Shown: positions 26,736-39,136 of the stretch, one piece after another
Position numbering within the stretch: position 1 is the stretch's first letter
Layout of the letters: each line of letters begins with the position of its first letter
Assembly: GCA_963575745.1 (NCBI GenBank)
Contig: CAUYUJ010000091.1
Location: forward strand, 62,001 to 118,414
Direction of reading: 5' to 3'
DNA length: 56,414 bases
Origin: Prorocentrum cordatum
Taxonomy: Eukaryota
Program-made: the position numbers and the translations under genes
The notes under the pieces: model-generated
What the model was told of the DNA's origin: nothing
The model's input: only the letters and a program-made list of their open reading frames with translations
Database searches by the model: none

Positions 26736-27174
26736 ACCTCGAGAGCTCGGCGACCCTCCTCCTTCTCCTCCTCCTCCTCCTCCTCCTCCTCCCTCCTCCT
26801 CCTCCTCCTCCTCCTCCTCCTGGCAGGAGGGGGGCAGCAGGCCTGAGGTGGAGGGCAGTCCCGCGCCGCAGCTGCGCCCCTCGAGAGGGGGGGGGGGGGG
26901 AGAGGCTCGGGAGGGGCCTGAGGGGCTTGCTCGCGCCTCGGGGGGGGGGGGGGGAGGGAGGCGGGGGCGGGGGAAGGCCTGGGAGGGGGGAGGGAGGCGA
27001 GGGGCGGGGGGGGGGGCGGGGGGGGGGGACTCTGGGAGGAGGGGCGGGGGAAGGCCAGGGAGGGGGGCACCGGGGAGGGAGGCGAGGGGGAGGGAGGCGA
27101 GGGGGGGGGGGGGGAAGGGAGAAGGGGAGGGGGAAGGCTAGCGAGGGGGAGGGAGGCGAGGGGGAGGGCAGGGC

Positions 27175-27365
27175 TCGTTTCGATTCCCCCGATTCGATTC
27201 GATTCGACTTCGATGGATTCCGATTCCGATTCGATTCGACTTGGGATTCCGATTTGGGTCACGATTTCGCATTGGACGCATACAAGCCTGCCGATTTCCG
27301 CCGATCCAATTTTTGTCCGACTGGGCTGCCGATTTCCGCCAGTCCGATTCGTGTCGATTCGATTT
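27175..27365. repeat. Dispersed GATTC-rich repeat family; copies ~1545-1655, 23803-24010, 26265-26460, 33640-33790
   Basis: Shared ..TTCGATGG(C/A)TTCCGATTCCGATTCGA..TGGGATT(C/T)CGAT.. text. Confidence 0.7.
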
Positions 27366-27956
27366 GGGCTCTCCGGGGAGGGGGGAGGGGGGAGGTGCCA
27401 TGGCGCCAACATCGCAGAGTGGATTTCGCACGGGCAACAATTGGATGGGCCTGGATTGTCCTGGAGAATTTCGCTCCAGATTTCGGAGTGGATTCCGTGC
27501 GGATTTTCTTGGGCCAGGAAAGAAATCCAGGACAAATCCACGTGGAATTCACTTTGTTTTTCGTTCGCCGTTTCGTAGCTTTGCGTAGACAGAAATCCAC
27601 GCAAAATCCGCTGCATCGCGTCTGTAAGGCAGGTGCAGTGGGAGGTGGGGGACGGAGACAGGGGGGGGGAGGAGGCGCTCGGGAGGGGGAGGGGCCTCCT
27701 CGCCCCACTAGGGGGGGAGGGTGAGGGGGGGAGGAAGGGAGACGGGGGGGGGGGAGGCCAGGGAGGGGGAGGGAGGCGAGTGGGGAGGTGGGTGGGGGGA
27801 GACAGGGGGGGCGGGCGTAGGCAGGGTCGGCGGCGGGCGTGAGCTCGTCGACGGCCTGTTCGTACTTCGGGCGCATGTGGTTCTCCACCGCATCGTAGAA
27901 GCACCTCCTCCTCCTCCTCCTCCCTTTCCTCCCTTTCCTCCTCCTCCTCCTCCTCC

Positions 27957-28608
27957 TCACCACCACCACGCCCTGCCCTTGGAGTAGTTCGCGTCAATCT
28001 GCCTCTTCGCGTCGCCGCCCGTACCCCCGCCATTCTCGATGATTCCACCAGCTCTGGGAGCTCGTCTTTGACCAACTGTGGTAAATCGTCCTTCTTGACT
28101 TGACTGTGGTATGTTCACCTCCTCCCTGACTCCCTCAACGGAATCCTTGATCTCCGTAACCGCTTGCTCTGCCGTTCTCGCAGCGCGATTCGTCTGCTGC
28201 GCGACAGCTTTGGCCATGGTGACCTCCTTTTTCGTGTCCTGTAAGTCCTTGCTCAAACCATTCATCATTTGCATAAGTTTCCTCATCATGCTTTTCATGT
28301 CCAAGACCTCGTCGTCCTCCGCCTGCTCCCCCTCCTCATCGTCAGCCTCTTCCTCTTCGTCGGATTTCTGCATTCCTTCATCTTTCACGTCCTCCTTTTT
28401 ATCATGTTCCTTGTCGCCAGCACGCGCGATCTTCTTATCAGGCGCGTTGGCGATGCTGCCATTCGCCTCAAGCTTGCTGCCCTCGCTCATGTTGACCGCG
28501 GCCTTTCCTGAGTGTCCGATCCACGCCCGAAGACCGAGAGGTTGCCAGGGCTTGCCGGCTTGAACCGTTGCTGACTTGAGCTGTTGCTGACCTGAGCCAG
28601 GCTACGGT
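27957..28608 (-). mobile_element. 5' fragment of a retroposed element: degenerate SL relic(s) followed by an acidic/coiled-coil ORF (28490-27957), LINE ORF1-like
   Basis: Minus strand reads ACCGTAGCC-TGGCTCAGG (28608-28591), then TCAGCAACAGCTCAAG and TCAGCAACGGTTCAAG. The ORF has coding-like composition and heptads (MKSMMRKLMQMMNGLSKDLQDTKKEV..). No EN or RT follows. Confidence 0.55.
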
Positions 28609-29624
28609 ATCGAGGGAGTGCCCTTTGTGCAAGAGGAGGGGACAAGACGAGAGGCGGCCGCGGCGACAGGAGGCGAGACAAGAGAGCGCACGCATGCGGC
28701 GAGGCCGCAGGAGGGCGCGCGGGGCGGCCGGGCCGCAGGGCAGTCCCTGGCAGCGAGCGCGGGGCGGCGTCGCGGGCGCACCCAGGAGAGGAGCCAGCGG
28801 CTGCAGTGCTGGGCGGGGCCCAGCAACTGGGAGCAGCGGGAGCGGCGGGCCACCGGGCGGCAGGCCGGGGGCGCTGAGGGGGAGAGCTGCGGTGGGCTGG
28901 GCGTGTGGCCCTGCGCCGGTGCAGGGTGGCCTCGAGGCGAAGCGCGACCACGGCGCGGGGGGGGTGCGAGGCGGCGAGGAGACGAAGCTGAGCGGCGGGA
29001 GAGTGGCTCTTTGTTCGAGCCGTCTTGGACTGGTCTTGGGGGCCTCGTGGGCCGTTTGGGGCGCTCGGAGTACCCGAAGGCGCCGACACAACTGTTTGAA
29101 GCCATTCGTGGTGTTCGCCTCGTGGGGCGACCCGGTATCACCCAAGCCTCTTAGGGTCATCTTGGTCGTCTGGCAACGACCTCCAGCCCCGAGGAGGAGG
29201 AGGAGGAGGAGGACGACGACGACGACGAGGACGACGGGAATGTTTTCGATGGTTTGGGGTCCTTGTCGAGGTCACCCTCGCGTAGAGCCTCTCTGTGTCA
29301 AATGAGTCCGTCGAGGACGTCGCTGGGGCCTCCTTTGTTCCAAGTTGGTCGGGGCGGGTTCCTGTGGGAGAGGGTGCGGGAGGGAGCCGGTTCACGACCC
29401 GAAAATTCGGGGGGGGTCGGCGGATGTTTACAAACATACATGCTCATGGCTTCCTCGTGGAGGTGGTTTTGGATTGTTTTGGGGCCTCTCCTGGGCCTCT
29501 TGGGGATTTGCTTGGGCCTCTTAGGGGCCTCCTGGGACTTCTGGGAGGCCTCTTGGGGGCCTGGTGGCGGTCTCGGGGTCATCTTGGGGCGGAGGGCTCG
29601 AGAGGTCGGTTCGCGTTCCACTCT

Positions 29625-29840
29625 TTAATTTTGCCTTTCGTGCCGGCCTACCAAGCAGCCGGCCGGGCCGCAACTTCCTCGGGCTGCGTCTGGCCCATTT
29701 TGCCCTTGTTGCCGGCATGCCAAGCAGCCGGCCGGGCCGCGACCTGCTCGGGCTGCGTCTGGCCCATGTTGCCCTTCGTTTGGCATGCCAAGCAGCCGGC
29801 CTGGCCGCAATCTCCTCGGGCTGCGTCTGGCCCAGCCTGC
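29625..29840. repeat. ~60-70 bp tandem repeat, 3 copies
   Basis: CCAAGCAGCCGGCC..CTCGGGCTGCGTCTGGCCCA three times. Confidence 0.85.
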
Positions 29841-30392
29841 CCAGCTGCAGCTGGTGAAAGTCCTGGGTTTCAGGTCTCGCGCGAGCTCCTTTGCCGGTGG
29901 GTGGTTTGGCCGATCAGGATACATTAGACATTACTTGGGGCCCCTGATGCCAAGCTCCCCCCGCCACGGCGGCGTACGTTGGCTATCTTCTCGGCTGCAC
30001 TCGGTGCCCGCGTGGCAGTCTGCTCGTCCGCGGAGCTGGCCTGATACGAACCGTTGAAGGTCCCAGCGAAGTCGTGTCGACCTTTTTGGTGCGCGGCGCT
30101 TCGAAGTTGATGGTGTCCTTCGGGCGTTGTGTCTCCTGCTTTCCCGCATTGACTCCTGCTTCTCCTCGAGCTCGCAGACGGCGCCGCGGACTGTCAGCAA
30201 GCTGACAGGTCGCAGTGAGTGTGCAGCGGGCTCGGTGGGATTCAGGGTGGCTTGCGGTGTGCTGGTGGGGTGTTTGCCCTCAGCGCAGAGCAGGAAGGGT
30301 TGTGGCTTGGAGGAGCGTGTGCAGCCCTGAGTCCAGTAAGCTCGAAGGGACCAGATGACACTCCACTCAGTGCCGACAGCAATGTGGCGGAT

Positions 30393-30588
30393 TTCGGCTG
30401 CGAGCGGGGGGGGGAAATGAGAAGGAGAAGGCCTTCTCAGAAGGCGGCGGGACTTTTCAGAAGCCCTCGCTTCTGAGAGCTTATTCGTGTCTTCGGGAAA
30501 GCTCAGAAAACTTCTCAGAAGGCCAGGGGACTTCCGAGCCTTCTGAGAAGGTCCGCCCCTTCTCAATTCCCCCCTCGCTCGCCGCCGA
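30393..30588. mobile_element. Foldback MITE family E (long TIR ..GCCTTCTGAGAAGG..CTTCTCA(C/A)TTCCCCCCTCGCTCGCCG); partial copies 8863-8946 and ~23200-23350
   Basis: The complete copy is self-complementary and the same arm recurs at two other loci. Confidence 0.75.
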
Positions 30589-30889
30589 GATGACAAACCA
30601 CTCAGTGCCGACGGCACCGTGGTAGATTGGGGCTTTGGAGGGGTGTGCACGGGAGCGGGCCAGGGTTTCTTCTTCTTCTTCTCATTCGTATTATGTTTAT
30701 CCTCATTGTTATTATTATTATTCTTCTTCTCAGCGTCGAGGGGGGAGAGTTGAGGAGGGAAGGTGGTTGAAGACAGGGACGGGCGTTGGACGGGCAGGGG
30801 GCGAGAGGAGGAGAGGTGATGGTATGAACGAGCATAGGAGGCAGGCAGGCAGACAGGCAGGCAGGGTCGCCCGCTCCCTGCACACACAG

Positions 30890-30990
30890 GTGGCAACATC
30901 GACGACGCATTCAACTTTATCTTTAGCAATTTCATGGAGAGCAACCGGCTGTGGGTGCGGATCCAGCACCAGGGTCCTGCCAAGGACAAG
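30890..30990 (+). CDS. VPS35: VPS35 exon: (G)GNIDDAFNFIFSNFMESNRLWVRIQHQGPAKDK
   Basis: Conserved NF.E.N.LWVR.QHQG motif. Acceptor acAG|G, GC donor at 30991. Confidence 0.95.
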
Positions 30991-31491
30991 GCCGCTAGCC
31001 GATGGCAACTTGTTGAAACAGGTATGGGAGTGGGAGGGGCGGGAGGAGCGGGAGGAGCGGGAGGAAGGATGCACGGAGGAGGGAGACGGGGAGGGCGGAA
31101 GAAGCCGGGAGGAGGATTGGGAGGAGTGGGGCGTCGATGATTAACGGGTGAGGAGGGCGAGGGGAAGGCTGTGCAGGAGGAGGAGCAGGAGGAGGAATGA
31201 GGACAAGGGGGAGGCTCAAGAGGTAGAGGATGTGGGAGGAGGAGGAGGAGGGAGGAGGAGGAGGGAGGAGGAGGAGGAGGAGGAGAGGAGGAGGAGGAGG
31301 AGGAGGAGGAGGAGGAGGAGGAGGAGGAGGAGGGGGAGGTGGTGTGCGGAAGAGTGGGAGGTGGGAGGACGTGAGGAGGATGTCGATGAGGGGGAGGGGG
31401 GCGCGAGGAGAGGCAGACGAAAGAAGGGGGGGGGGGGGGGCGCAGGAGCAGAGGGCAGGGATCCCGGCAGCCCCAGCTCGCTGGGCCCAAG

Positions 31492-31607
31492 GCCCGACGG
31501 GAGAAGGAGAGGCACGACCTCCGCGCGCTCGTCGGGGCCAACCTGGGGAGGCTCAGCCAGCTGGAGGGGATGACTGTAGACTACTACGTCAACACCGCGC
31601 TGCCCAG
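31492..31607 (+). CDS. VPS35: VPS35 exon: ARREKERHDLRALVGANLGRLSQLEGMTVDYYVNTALP(R)
   Basis: Conserved RE.ER..LR.LVG.NL.RLSQLEG motif. Acceptor caAG|G. A non-canonical GA donor at 31608 is required for the in-frame join to the next exon. Confidence 0.92.
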
Positions 31608-34146
31608 GAGCCCCGCCCGCTGGAGCTGCTCTGCTCTGCACGCCGGTCGTTGAAGGTAGGTCTGTTTGGACATGTTGATCCGAATCTGCTACGGGCGCCT
31701 TCCTACATCAAAAGAGTCGAGCTCCTGCAGTCCTTCTTGCCTCCTCCTCCGTGGCGGGTGGAAGCCCAATCTATTCCCAACGCCTTCCTACTTCATGGTT
31801 CTACCCACTTCTTCCGACCAGCGGGTAGTGTCACGGGCTGCCAACGCACCCGTGTCCGCGCCCTCGCCTGTCGGGATTCCGGGGCGCGCTCCCCTGGATG
31901 CGCGGTCGCACGGATGCCTTCGCGGCGGGGGGGGCAGCCGCGACAAAAACGCCCCGCATCCGAGGGGTCGCGGCCTAGAGGCCCGGTTTGCGAGGCTGCG
32001 GATACGAATTTTTGCTTAGCAGTACCCGCACTGGGCCTTGCCTCAGCAGGTGCACCGGCGCAGCAGCCGCCTCCGTCCCCGCTGGCGGGGCTGGCCGTGC
32101 CAGCTCACGCAGGGAAGTGATCCGTCCCCCCTGAGTGGCCCTCGACTTGCCTCCCCCCCTCTGCGCCCTGTCCTGTTTTCCTTTCTTGCATGTTGGCCAA
32201 TTCGCTACAACGGTGCCCCCGTTTAGTGGGATCCATCCGCCTGCGCAGACAACCTCTGCCTAGCCGCCGACGGAACAAAATTAGGAGCGCCCGTGGCTGT
32301 GAGGATGGAGTTGTATGGTGGCGTTGAGGTCCACGTCGATGTTGACGGGGTGGACGTGCAGCCCGATCTGGAAACGTGCTTGGGCGTACGTCGGTAATGC
32401 TGACGATCAGGATGAAAAAGTATGTGGATAACGGCGACGCCGATGACGATGGCGATGATTCTTGTGGTGGCGGCGAAGATATCCACAACTCCAGCGAGCA
32501 GCCAGAGACAGGGCCTGCATCTTGTGGGCCAGGCGGCGAGCTCTGCGCGCGACGCGGGTACAACAGGCGCACAAACGAGGCAGCGTGAAACGTGTTGACC
32601 TCCAGTCGGACCTGCCCCATCTACAGGGGGGAAATCAAAACATAATACAAACATACTCTGGAGACGATTTGTTGGATTTGTGTTGAGTTTTTTTTTCCGA
32701 TGGTGTGTGGTATTTTGCCCGTTGGTTCTTGCCTTTGGGCGGATTTGTTGAAAGTTGTTTATTGTTCTGTTTGGGTACTATTTGAGAGTATGTGTCTTTT
32801 TCTGCGTCTTCTGGATTATTTTGTGGGCATGTTTCGATTATTCGTTCGTCCAAGATTCCCCTGGAAGGGGACAGGCCCGACCTAACCCGAGATCGAGGAA
32901 GCTTGGCCAGCGCGCCACTGGAATTCCCGCCGCATGGCCCCGAGGCGCTGCCACACACGCGAGCGAACCGAACGGAAGAGTCATGAAGGGCCCATCTCCC
33001 ACCACCGCTACAAGAGGTTGGAGAGGGAGGCGGAGGAGGAGGAGGAGGAGGAGGAGGAGGAGGAGGAGGAGGAAGAGGAGGATGAGATCCTCCTCCTCCT
33101 CCTCCTCCTCCTCCTCCTCCTCCTTCTCCTCCTTCTCCTCCCTTCTCCCCCGTTCTCCATGTGGTAGTGGTGATGGAAAACCTGCCCATCGAATCAGGTA
33201 GGACCGCATACCCAGACATCTGGCTGCTCCAATTGTTTTGGTGCGTGGACCCTGGAGGTCCAGACCTTTTCCTTGGGACCCGCTTTTCGTCCGGAGTTGT
33301 TTTTTGACGCTACCGAGACCCAGCAAGGGCCCCCGGAGGCCGAAAACTGCCAAAACCCCGCCGCTCTTTTTGGGGGGGGGCGTCGGATCTCAGGGCACAT
33401 GTCAGCCACGAAGCACTTGTGCCGACTGCGCCGACGTTCGCGCGCAGGCCGTCCGCGCAGGGCCCCCCCTCGTGCGCGTGGCCTGCTGCACCAGCCGCAC
33501 GCAGAGCCCGCCGTGCAGACGCAGTTTTCTTCGTTGCCCAGGAGGAGGAGGAGAAGGAGGAGGAGGAGGAGGAGGAGGAGGAGGGGGGGGGGGAGAAGGA
33601 GGAGGAGGAGGAGGAGGAGGAGGAGGAGGAGGAGGAGGGTCCGAGTTCGATGGCTTCCGGTCCCGACTCGATTTGGCGTGGGATTCCGATCTGGGTCCCG
33701 ATCTCTCGTCTTGGGCGCGCACTACGGCCTGCCGGTATCCGCCGTCCCGATTCATGTCGATCCCCGATCCGACTTCTTGATTCGATTCTGGGCTCTCCTG
33801 CCTGATGGAACCCTCTCGTGCGCGTTGCTGATCTGGGACAGCCTCGGGCGCCTCTCGCCCCTGTCCTGGCGCGAGCGCCGCTCGAGAGGCCGTTCGGGCT
33901 TAGGAGCGGCTCCGTATGGAAGGCATGTCCCGAAGACGACGTTCCGAAGTCGAGCGAGTTGCACACCTGGTGTGACGAGTACACGTTGGACGCTGAAAGC
34001 AGGTAGTTCTGGGCTCCCGGATCCCAATCTAATTAATTCAAGCGCCCGTCGACTTCAAGAACCGGTCTGCTTTTATCGTGTTCTGTTGTCTTTTGGGAGG
34101 GTCTGGACCCAGTCTACTTGATTCGCCTTCCTACTTCATGTCTCAC

Positions 34147-37100
34147 CTACTCCGAGTTTCTTAATAAGCGTCGGAGGGGGCGTCACCCCCGCCGACAGCC
34201 CCACATCGACCCCCGTCGCGGGCAGCCACCGCGCGCCGAAGACGCTCCGACCCCCGTCGCGGCGCGACGACCAGGCGAGGTTGACCCCCGTCGGGGGGGG
34301 GGTACTGCTGCTCGGTGAGTCCCCCGAGCAGCCACTCCTAGGCGCGCCGGTACTGAACGACCGCATCCCAGAGAGAGTGAGTCAGGGCAGCAAGGCCTTG
34401 GGATGGGACGCTGGCGTGGCCGAGGCCTTGCGCGAGCGCGAGCGCGCGCCGAAGTGGCGGCCGGCCAGGCCTGCCGGCGAGACCCGTCGGGCCTCGCTGG
34501 TGTCGTGCTGTCGCCGCGCTCCAGTGCCGACGAGAAGGTCGGCGCGTCGTGGGCGGACGGTGGTCCCCGAGAGCGCGGGCCATCGATGACCTCACAGCCT
34601 CGGGGGTGAAGTCCACGGCCGCGGCGCAGGGGAGCATGGAGCACGAGACGCTCGCTACCCTGGCAGCAGCCGCCCAAGCGTTGTGGTCCCAGTTGGGAGG
34701 TCATCGTGGAGCACGTATTCGCTTCCGGAAGGGCGGGGTGCGCAAAATGCGCATTATAAGATTTAACGACAGCGCGCGAGGACCACATGCCGTTGGCAGC
34801 CGCCATAGCTGCTGAGTCGGTTGAGCTGGTTTCGTTCCTGCAGCTGTGGTGTTCAGAGGAGGAAGAGGTACCCATACCTCTACCCTTTCCTCGTTTTTCC
34901 CTGTTTGAGCCTCCTCGGAGGCCCTCGTCGCCACCGCTGGATTCGCCTCGAAATCCTAGTCAGAACGCACCCCGGGAGAGGTCCGGAGGGTAGCGGTATA
35001 AGCCGAGTGTCCACGCGTGGCAGCACGAGGGTTTGGCCTTCCAGCGCATTCTTTGAAAAACATGTGCAGCATTGTGTATCCACATTTCGTGGGCGAGTTT
35101 CGGGGCAGAGGCAAACAGTGCTCCGGCTGGCAGTAATAGCTCAATGTCCGGCGCGCCCCTGGCCCGTTCTGTAGTCCAGGAGCTGCTCGGGTGGCGACTG
35201 GATCCTCAAAAGGCGGTCGCGGCCGCTCGCGGCTTCGTAGCACTCGCCCTGGGCGCGTCTCTCGACGCAGGGGCGCGGGCTCTGCATTTTGTCGCGCCGC
35301 CCGACAAGTAATGCCCCAAATGGTTGGCAGAAATCCCGGACATTCTCGCCAGCCCGAGGCTCACCCCAGCAAGCGCGCAGAATCTAGCTGGTCGACCCAG
35401 CTGGGGAGCCGCGGAGGTTTTTGGCAAAGGCGCCCGCGTATACCTCGCCCCGCTGTTCTGGCCCGCTTCAGACGAACGGATGCCGATGCGTCTGATCAGG
35501 GCGTTTGAGTGGTGGCAGCGCTTTCTGGAAGCGAATCCTCGCAGGAGCTTGCTTCTGGATCCGTCTGTCGAACCGCGACTGGTGATACACACAGACGGTA
35601 CGGGAGCAGGCACGTTGGCATGAGCCGCGGCGCTTGCAGGCGGAATGTGTTTGTTCTTGCGCGGGCCCCCCGCTGGCTCAGCCGGTGGGCGTGCAGGCAG
35701 CAAATTGCCACGTGGGACTTTGTGGCCGTCGTCTGTGCTCTGTGGTATTTTTGCAAATCTACCGCCAGCGCGGGGAGCTTCGATACTGTGGCGTGTCAAG
35801 CTTCTCCGGAACACGCGCACATACATCACCACCGCGGGTTTGTTTTCTGTCATGGGTTGATCGGATTATTGTTTTGGCGGTGGGTTGCAGGGCGCGTCAA
35901 ATCTCGCGGCGATGACATGCCGCGTGTGCGGCGTCATTTGGGCACGCGGTTGCGTGCGCCAGAAAACAACACATTCACGTGGTTTATGTTTCGGGGTGGT
36001 GTATAAAATTCCCAGGAGGCAACTTCTTTGAGACACCGCCACCGTGCTGTCATAGGGTGCTTGGGAGCACCGCGCTGGCGGCCAGGGCGAGCCTGCGCCG
36101 CCGGCCAGCGAAGCCCCCCCGGCAGGAGGGCCCGCGCAAGCCTCAGGGGGCGAGGCGGCGGCCGCGCAGCGGACCGCGGAGTTTGCAGAAGCGGCGCTGG
36201 CGGCGCTCCGTTTCCTCGCTGCACTGCGCCTGCGGTGCGAGCGCGTGGGCCCAGGGGAGTTGGCCAACGCGGTGCGTCAGAGGAGCTCCACTCCGCGCGG
36301 CAGACACGCCACTGCGACGCCCCTGGCAACCCGCGGGAGCGCGCGGCCCGCGTTGAGCCCAATATGGCCGGGCTCATGGCGACGCAATAGCTCTTCAGAA
36401 ACAAGTTTTTCGCTTGGCACCGCAGCGCGCACAAGCGCGCTTCCCCAGTGCGCCCATGAGGGCAGGTGGCCTGGAACCCTAAAGCGCCGAGCCCCCGCCG
36501 GAGCCAGTGCTGGGAGCATGCGCGTTCGCAGTGCAGAACGGGGCCTCTCTGACTGCACGCAGATCCGTACTGTGCTCAGGCTGTTCCACGTACCGCTTGG
36601 GCGCTTGGAGGACACTTCATGCCTGGCGCGTGGAGCGAGCAAGGCGGCCGCGGCAACTCGGCGTTTCCGGGCGCGGGCCTCGGCGCGGCAGACCCGGTCT
36701 GTCGCGCAGCACCTCCGGGAGGCGCTTTGGTGATCCCGCAGGCAGACGGACCCCATTCCAAGGTAGTCTTGTCCACCGAGGGCTGCCTGCCGACGGCCAG
36801 CATGCACCTGCGCCGGCGCAAGACGTGCACTGAGACGACGGTTGTGTCCAGGCGGTGCGTCTGCGCCTTGCAGTCCCGGCAGCTCTGCGGGCCGCGCGCG
36901 CTGCGCGGTCGCGCGCAAACAATCCGAGTCTTCCCCGCGCTGTTGTACAGACGCGCCTTGGCTCAGCTGAAGGTCGCGGCGTTGGCTCTGGGCTTCAAAC
37001 GCGCGGCCGAATGGGGCACGCGCGCCTTCCGCCGCGGGTTGGCGGATGAATGCCTGGCTGCCGGGGGCGCCCCGGCGCTGTTCCACAGCGGGGGGCGGCG

Positions 37101-38226
37101 GGGAGTGGTTGCCGTCGGTCACGCCTCGGCGGCGTCGCGGGACGCGGCGACCGCGGCAAAGTGGCTCGTCGAGTTTGCATGGTCGTCTGCGTCCGAGGGG
37201 GCGCCTGCGCCTTGAGCCGGGGGAACGTTCTCGCGCTCGGCCGCCTCTAGCATGTGCGGAGAGTTGCGCCGCGCATTCCGCCCGACCCCCGCCCCCGCCC
37301 AGACCCCCCCGAACTGGCGGCGATATGTTGCAGCCAGGGTCGCCGTGAGCCCCAGCAGTGGGTCTCGAGGTCTCGCGAGGGTCTTTCGAGCGCCCCTGGC
37401 CAGCCGCACCGCGTGCACTGCCGAATTGTCCGTGCGGGCGGGGACAGCCCACCACAATATTCATCGTCCCTGAGCGTGGCTCCTGGGGAGGGGGATTCTG
37501 GGCAGGCTGCGCCCTCATCACCATGGCTGGATTTGGAGATTCGCCGCTATTGGCCTATATTTACTTTCCGCCCGAGTCCGAGGCGGGATATCAAGCGTCG
37601 GCATTCGCCCCCGAGGGGAGAGTTCCGCCCCCCCCTGGCCGCCCGAAGGCCTGGCGAAGGGGGCAGGGGGGTCGCTGGCTCCCGCGTGGGCCCAAAGGGA
37701 TCCCCACAGGTCCCCTGCTGCCCCGTAAGTTGCTTGTTTTCCGGAGGGCTCGCAGGGATTCTTCGGGGGGCCCGCACGCCGTATAGTTGCTGGTGTTGGC
37801 GTGTACACGACGACCAAGGGTGTCCCAGGAGAGCGCTTGGCGGGCCGACGCCTTGGCTGCGGGCCGCAGGCTCCTGGCTGGCGTCGCCGGCTTCCCCACC
37901 CTCCGTCCCGGGTTGGTTTGGTGCGTCGGCTGGCGGGGTCTCGAGGTTTCGTTCGGTTTTCTCGGGCGCCCCTGGCTGGCCGCACCGCGTGCGTTGTCCA
38001 ATTGTCCGCGCGGGCGCACTGGATCCCCCAAGGGGGGAGGCAGCTCACCATAATCTTCATAACCGTCGGGGGGGCGCCACCCCCGCCGACAGCCCCACAT
38101 CGACCCCGGCCGCGGGCGGCCACCGCGCGCCGAAGGCGCTCCGACCCCCGCCGCGGCGCGACGACGGGGCGAGATTGATCCCCGTCGGGGGGGCACCTCC
38201 CCCCGCTTAGTAAGAAGTCCAGAGTA
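34147..38226 (+). mobile_element. Decayed tyrosine-recombinase (DIRS-like) retrotransposon, internally deleted and frameshifted
   Basis: RT thumb and RNase H start at ~35190-35620 (LAGRPSWGAAEVFGKGARVYLAPL..FEWWQRFL..LVIHTDGTG). YR C-terminus in ORF 36619-37215. Terminal direct and short inverted repeats. Confidence 0.72.
36380..37215 (+). pseudogene. Degenerate tyrosine recombinase of the DIRS-like element
   Basis: LRRRKT..RRCVC, WGTRAFRRG (H-x-x-R box with H>R), GGRRG..GH (expected GGW..Y box decayed). N-terminal part is split across frames. Confidence 0.65.
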
Positions 38227-38322
38227 GACCATGGGGCGCCCCTTCGCCGAATTTTGGCACCTCCCAGCTCGGAATCCGCAGCTCGGCCTGCGGTCTCCGA
38301 GGGCGCATCGGCGTGCGAATCC

Positions 38323-38409
38323 CGAGGAAGAGGAGAAGGAGGAGGAGGAGGAGGAGGAGGAGGAGGAGGAGGAGGAGGAGGAGGGAGGAGGAGGAGGGAG
38401 GAGGAGGAG

Positions 38410-38469
<60 letters not shown>

Positions 38470-38950
38470 GAGGAGGAGGGAGGAGGAGGAGGAGGAGGAG
38501 GAGGAGGAGGAGGAGGAAGGAGAGAGGAGAGAGGGGAGGGAGGAGGAGAGAGGAGGAGGAGGATGAGGAGGAGGAGGAGGAGGAGGAGGAGGAGGAGGGA
38601 GGAAAGGGGGAGAGAGGAGGAGGAGGAGGAGGAGGAGGAGGAGGAGGAGGAGGAGGCGGAGGAGGAGGAGGAGGAGGAGGAGGAGGAGGAGGAGGAGGAG
38701 GAGGAGGAGGAGGAGGAGGAGGAGGAGGAGGAGGAGGAGGAGAGAGAGAGAGGAGAGAGGAGAGAGGAGAGAGGAGAGAGGAGAGGAGAGAGGAGAGAGG
38801 AGAGAGGAGGAGGAGGAGAGGAGGAGAGAGAGGAGAGAGGGAGGAGGAGGAGGAGGAGGAGGAGGAGGAGGAGGAGGAGGAGGCAGGAGGAGGAGCAGGA
38901 GGAGGAGGAGGAGGGACGAGAGACGAGGAGGGGGGGGGGGGGGGGGGGGG
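38323..38950. repeat. (GAG)n / poly-purine microsatellite; representative of many (GAG)n/(CCT)n tracts, e.g. 4438-4565, 6370-6700, 22640-22920, 25580-25905
   Basis: Directly visible. These tracts generate the poly-E/P/S/R/G ORFs in the track. Confidence 0.95.
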
Positions 38951-38984
38951 CGAGGGTCCAGACCTTCCTCGAGGGCTAAAGATA

Positions 38985-39136
38985 GGTCGGGCATGTCCTC
39001 CTGCAGGAGGGTTTGGGACGATCAATGGAACACATTCAAACAACATTCCAAAGTAGTCAACCGTAATCGAAGCATCGTCCCAAAACTGTGTTTGCTCTAT
39101 GTTGAATGTTCCTCCTGTAGAGGGGCATGCCCGACT
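38985..39136. mobile_element. MITE family C (TIR GGTCGGGCATGTCC..GGACATGCCCGACC, TA flanks); other copies 1160-1479, 5792-5932, 6053-6204, ~32604-32882
   Basis: Conserved inverted termini with variable AT-richer interiors. The 1160 copy contains a nested family D element. Confidence 0.8.
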
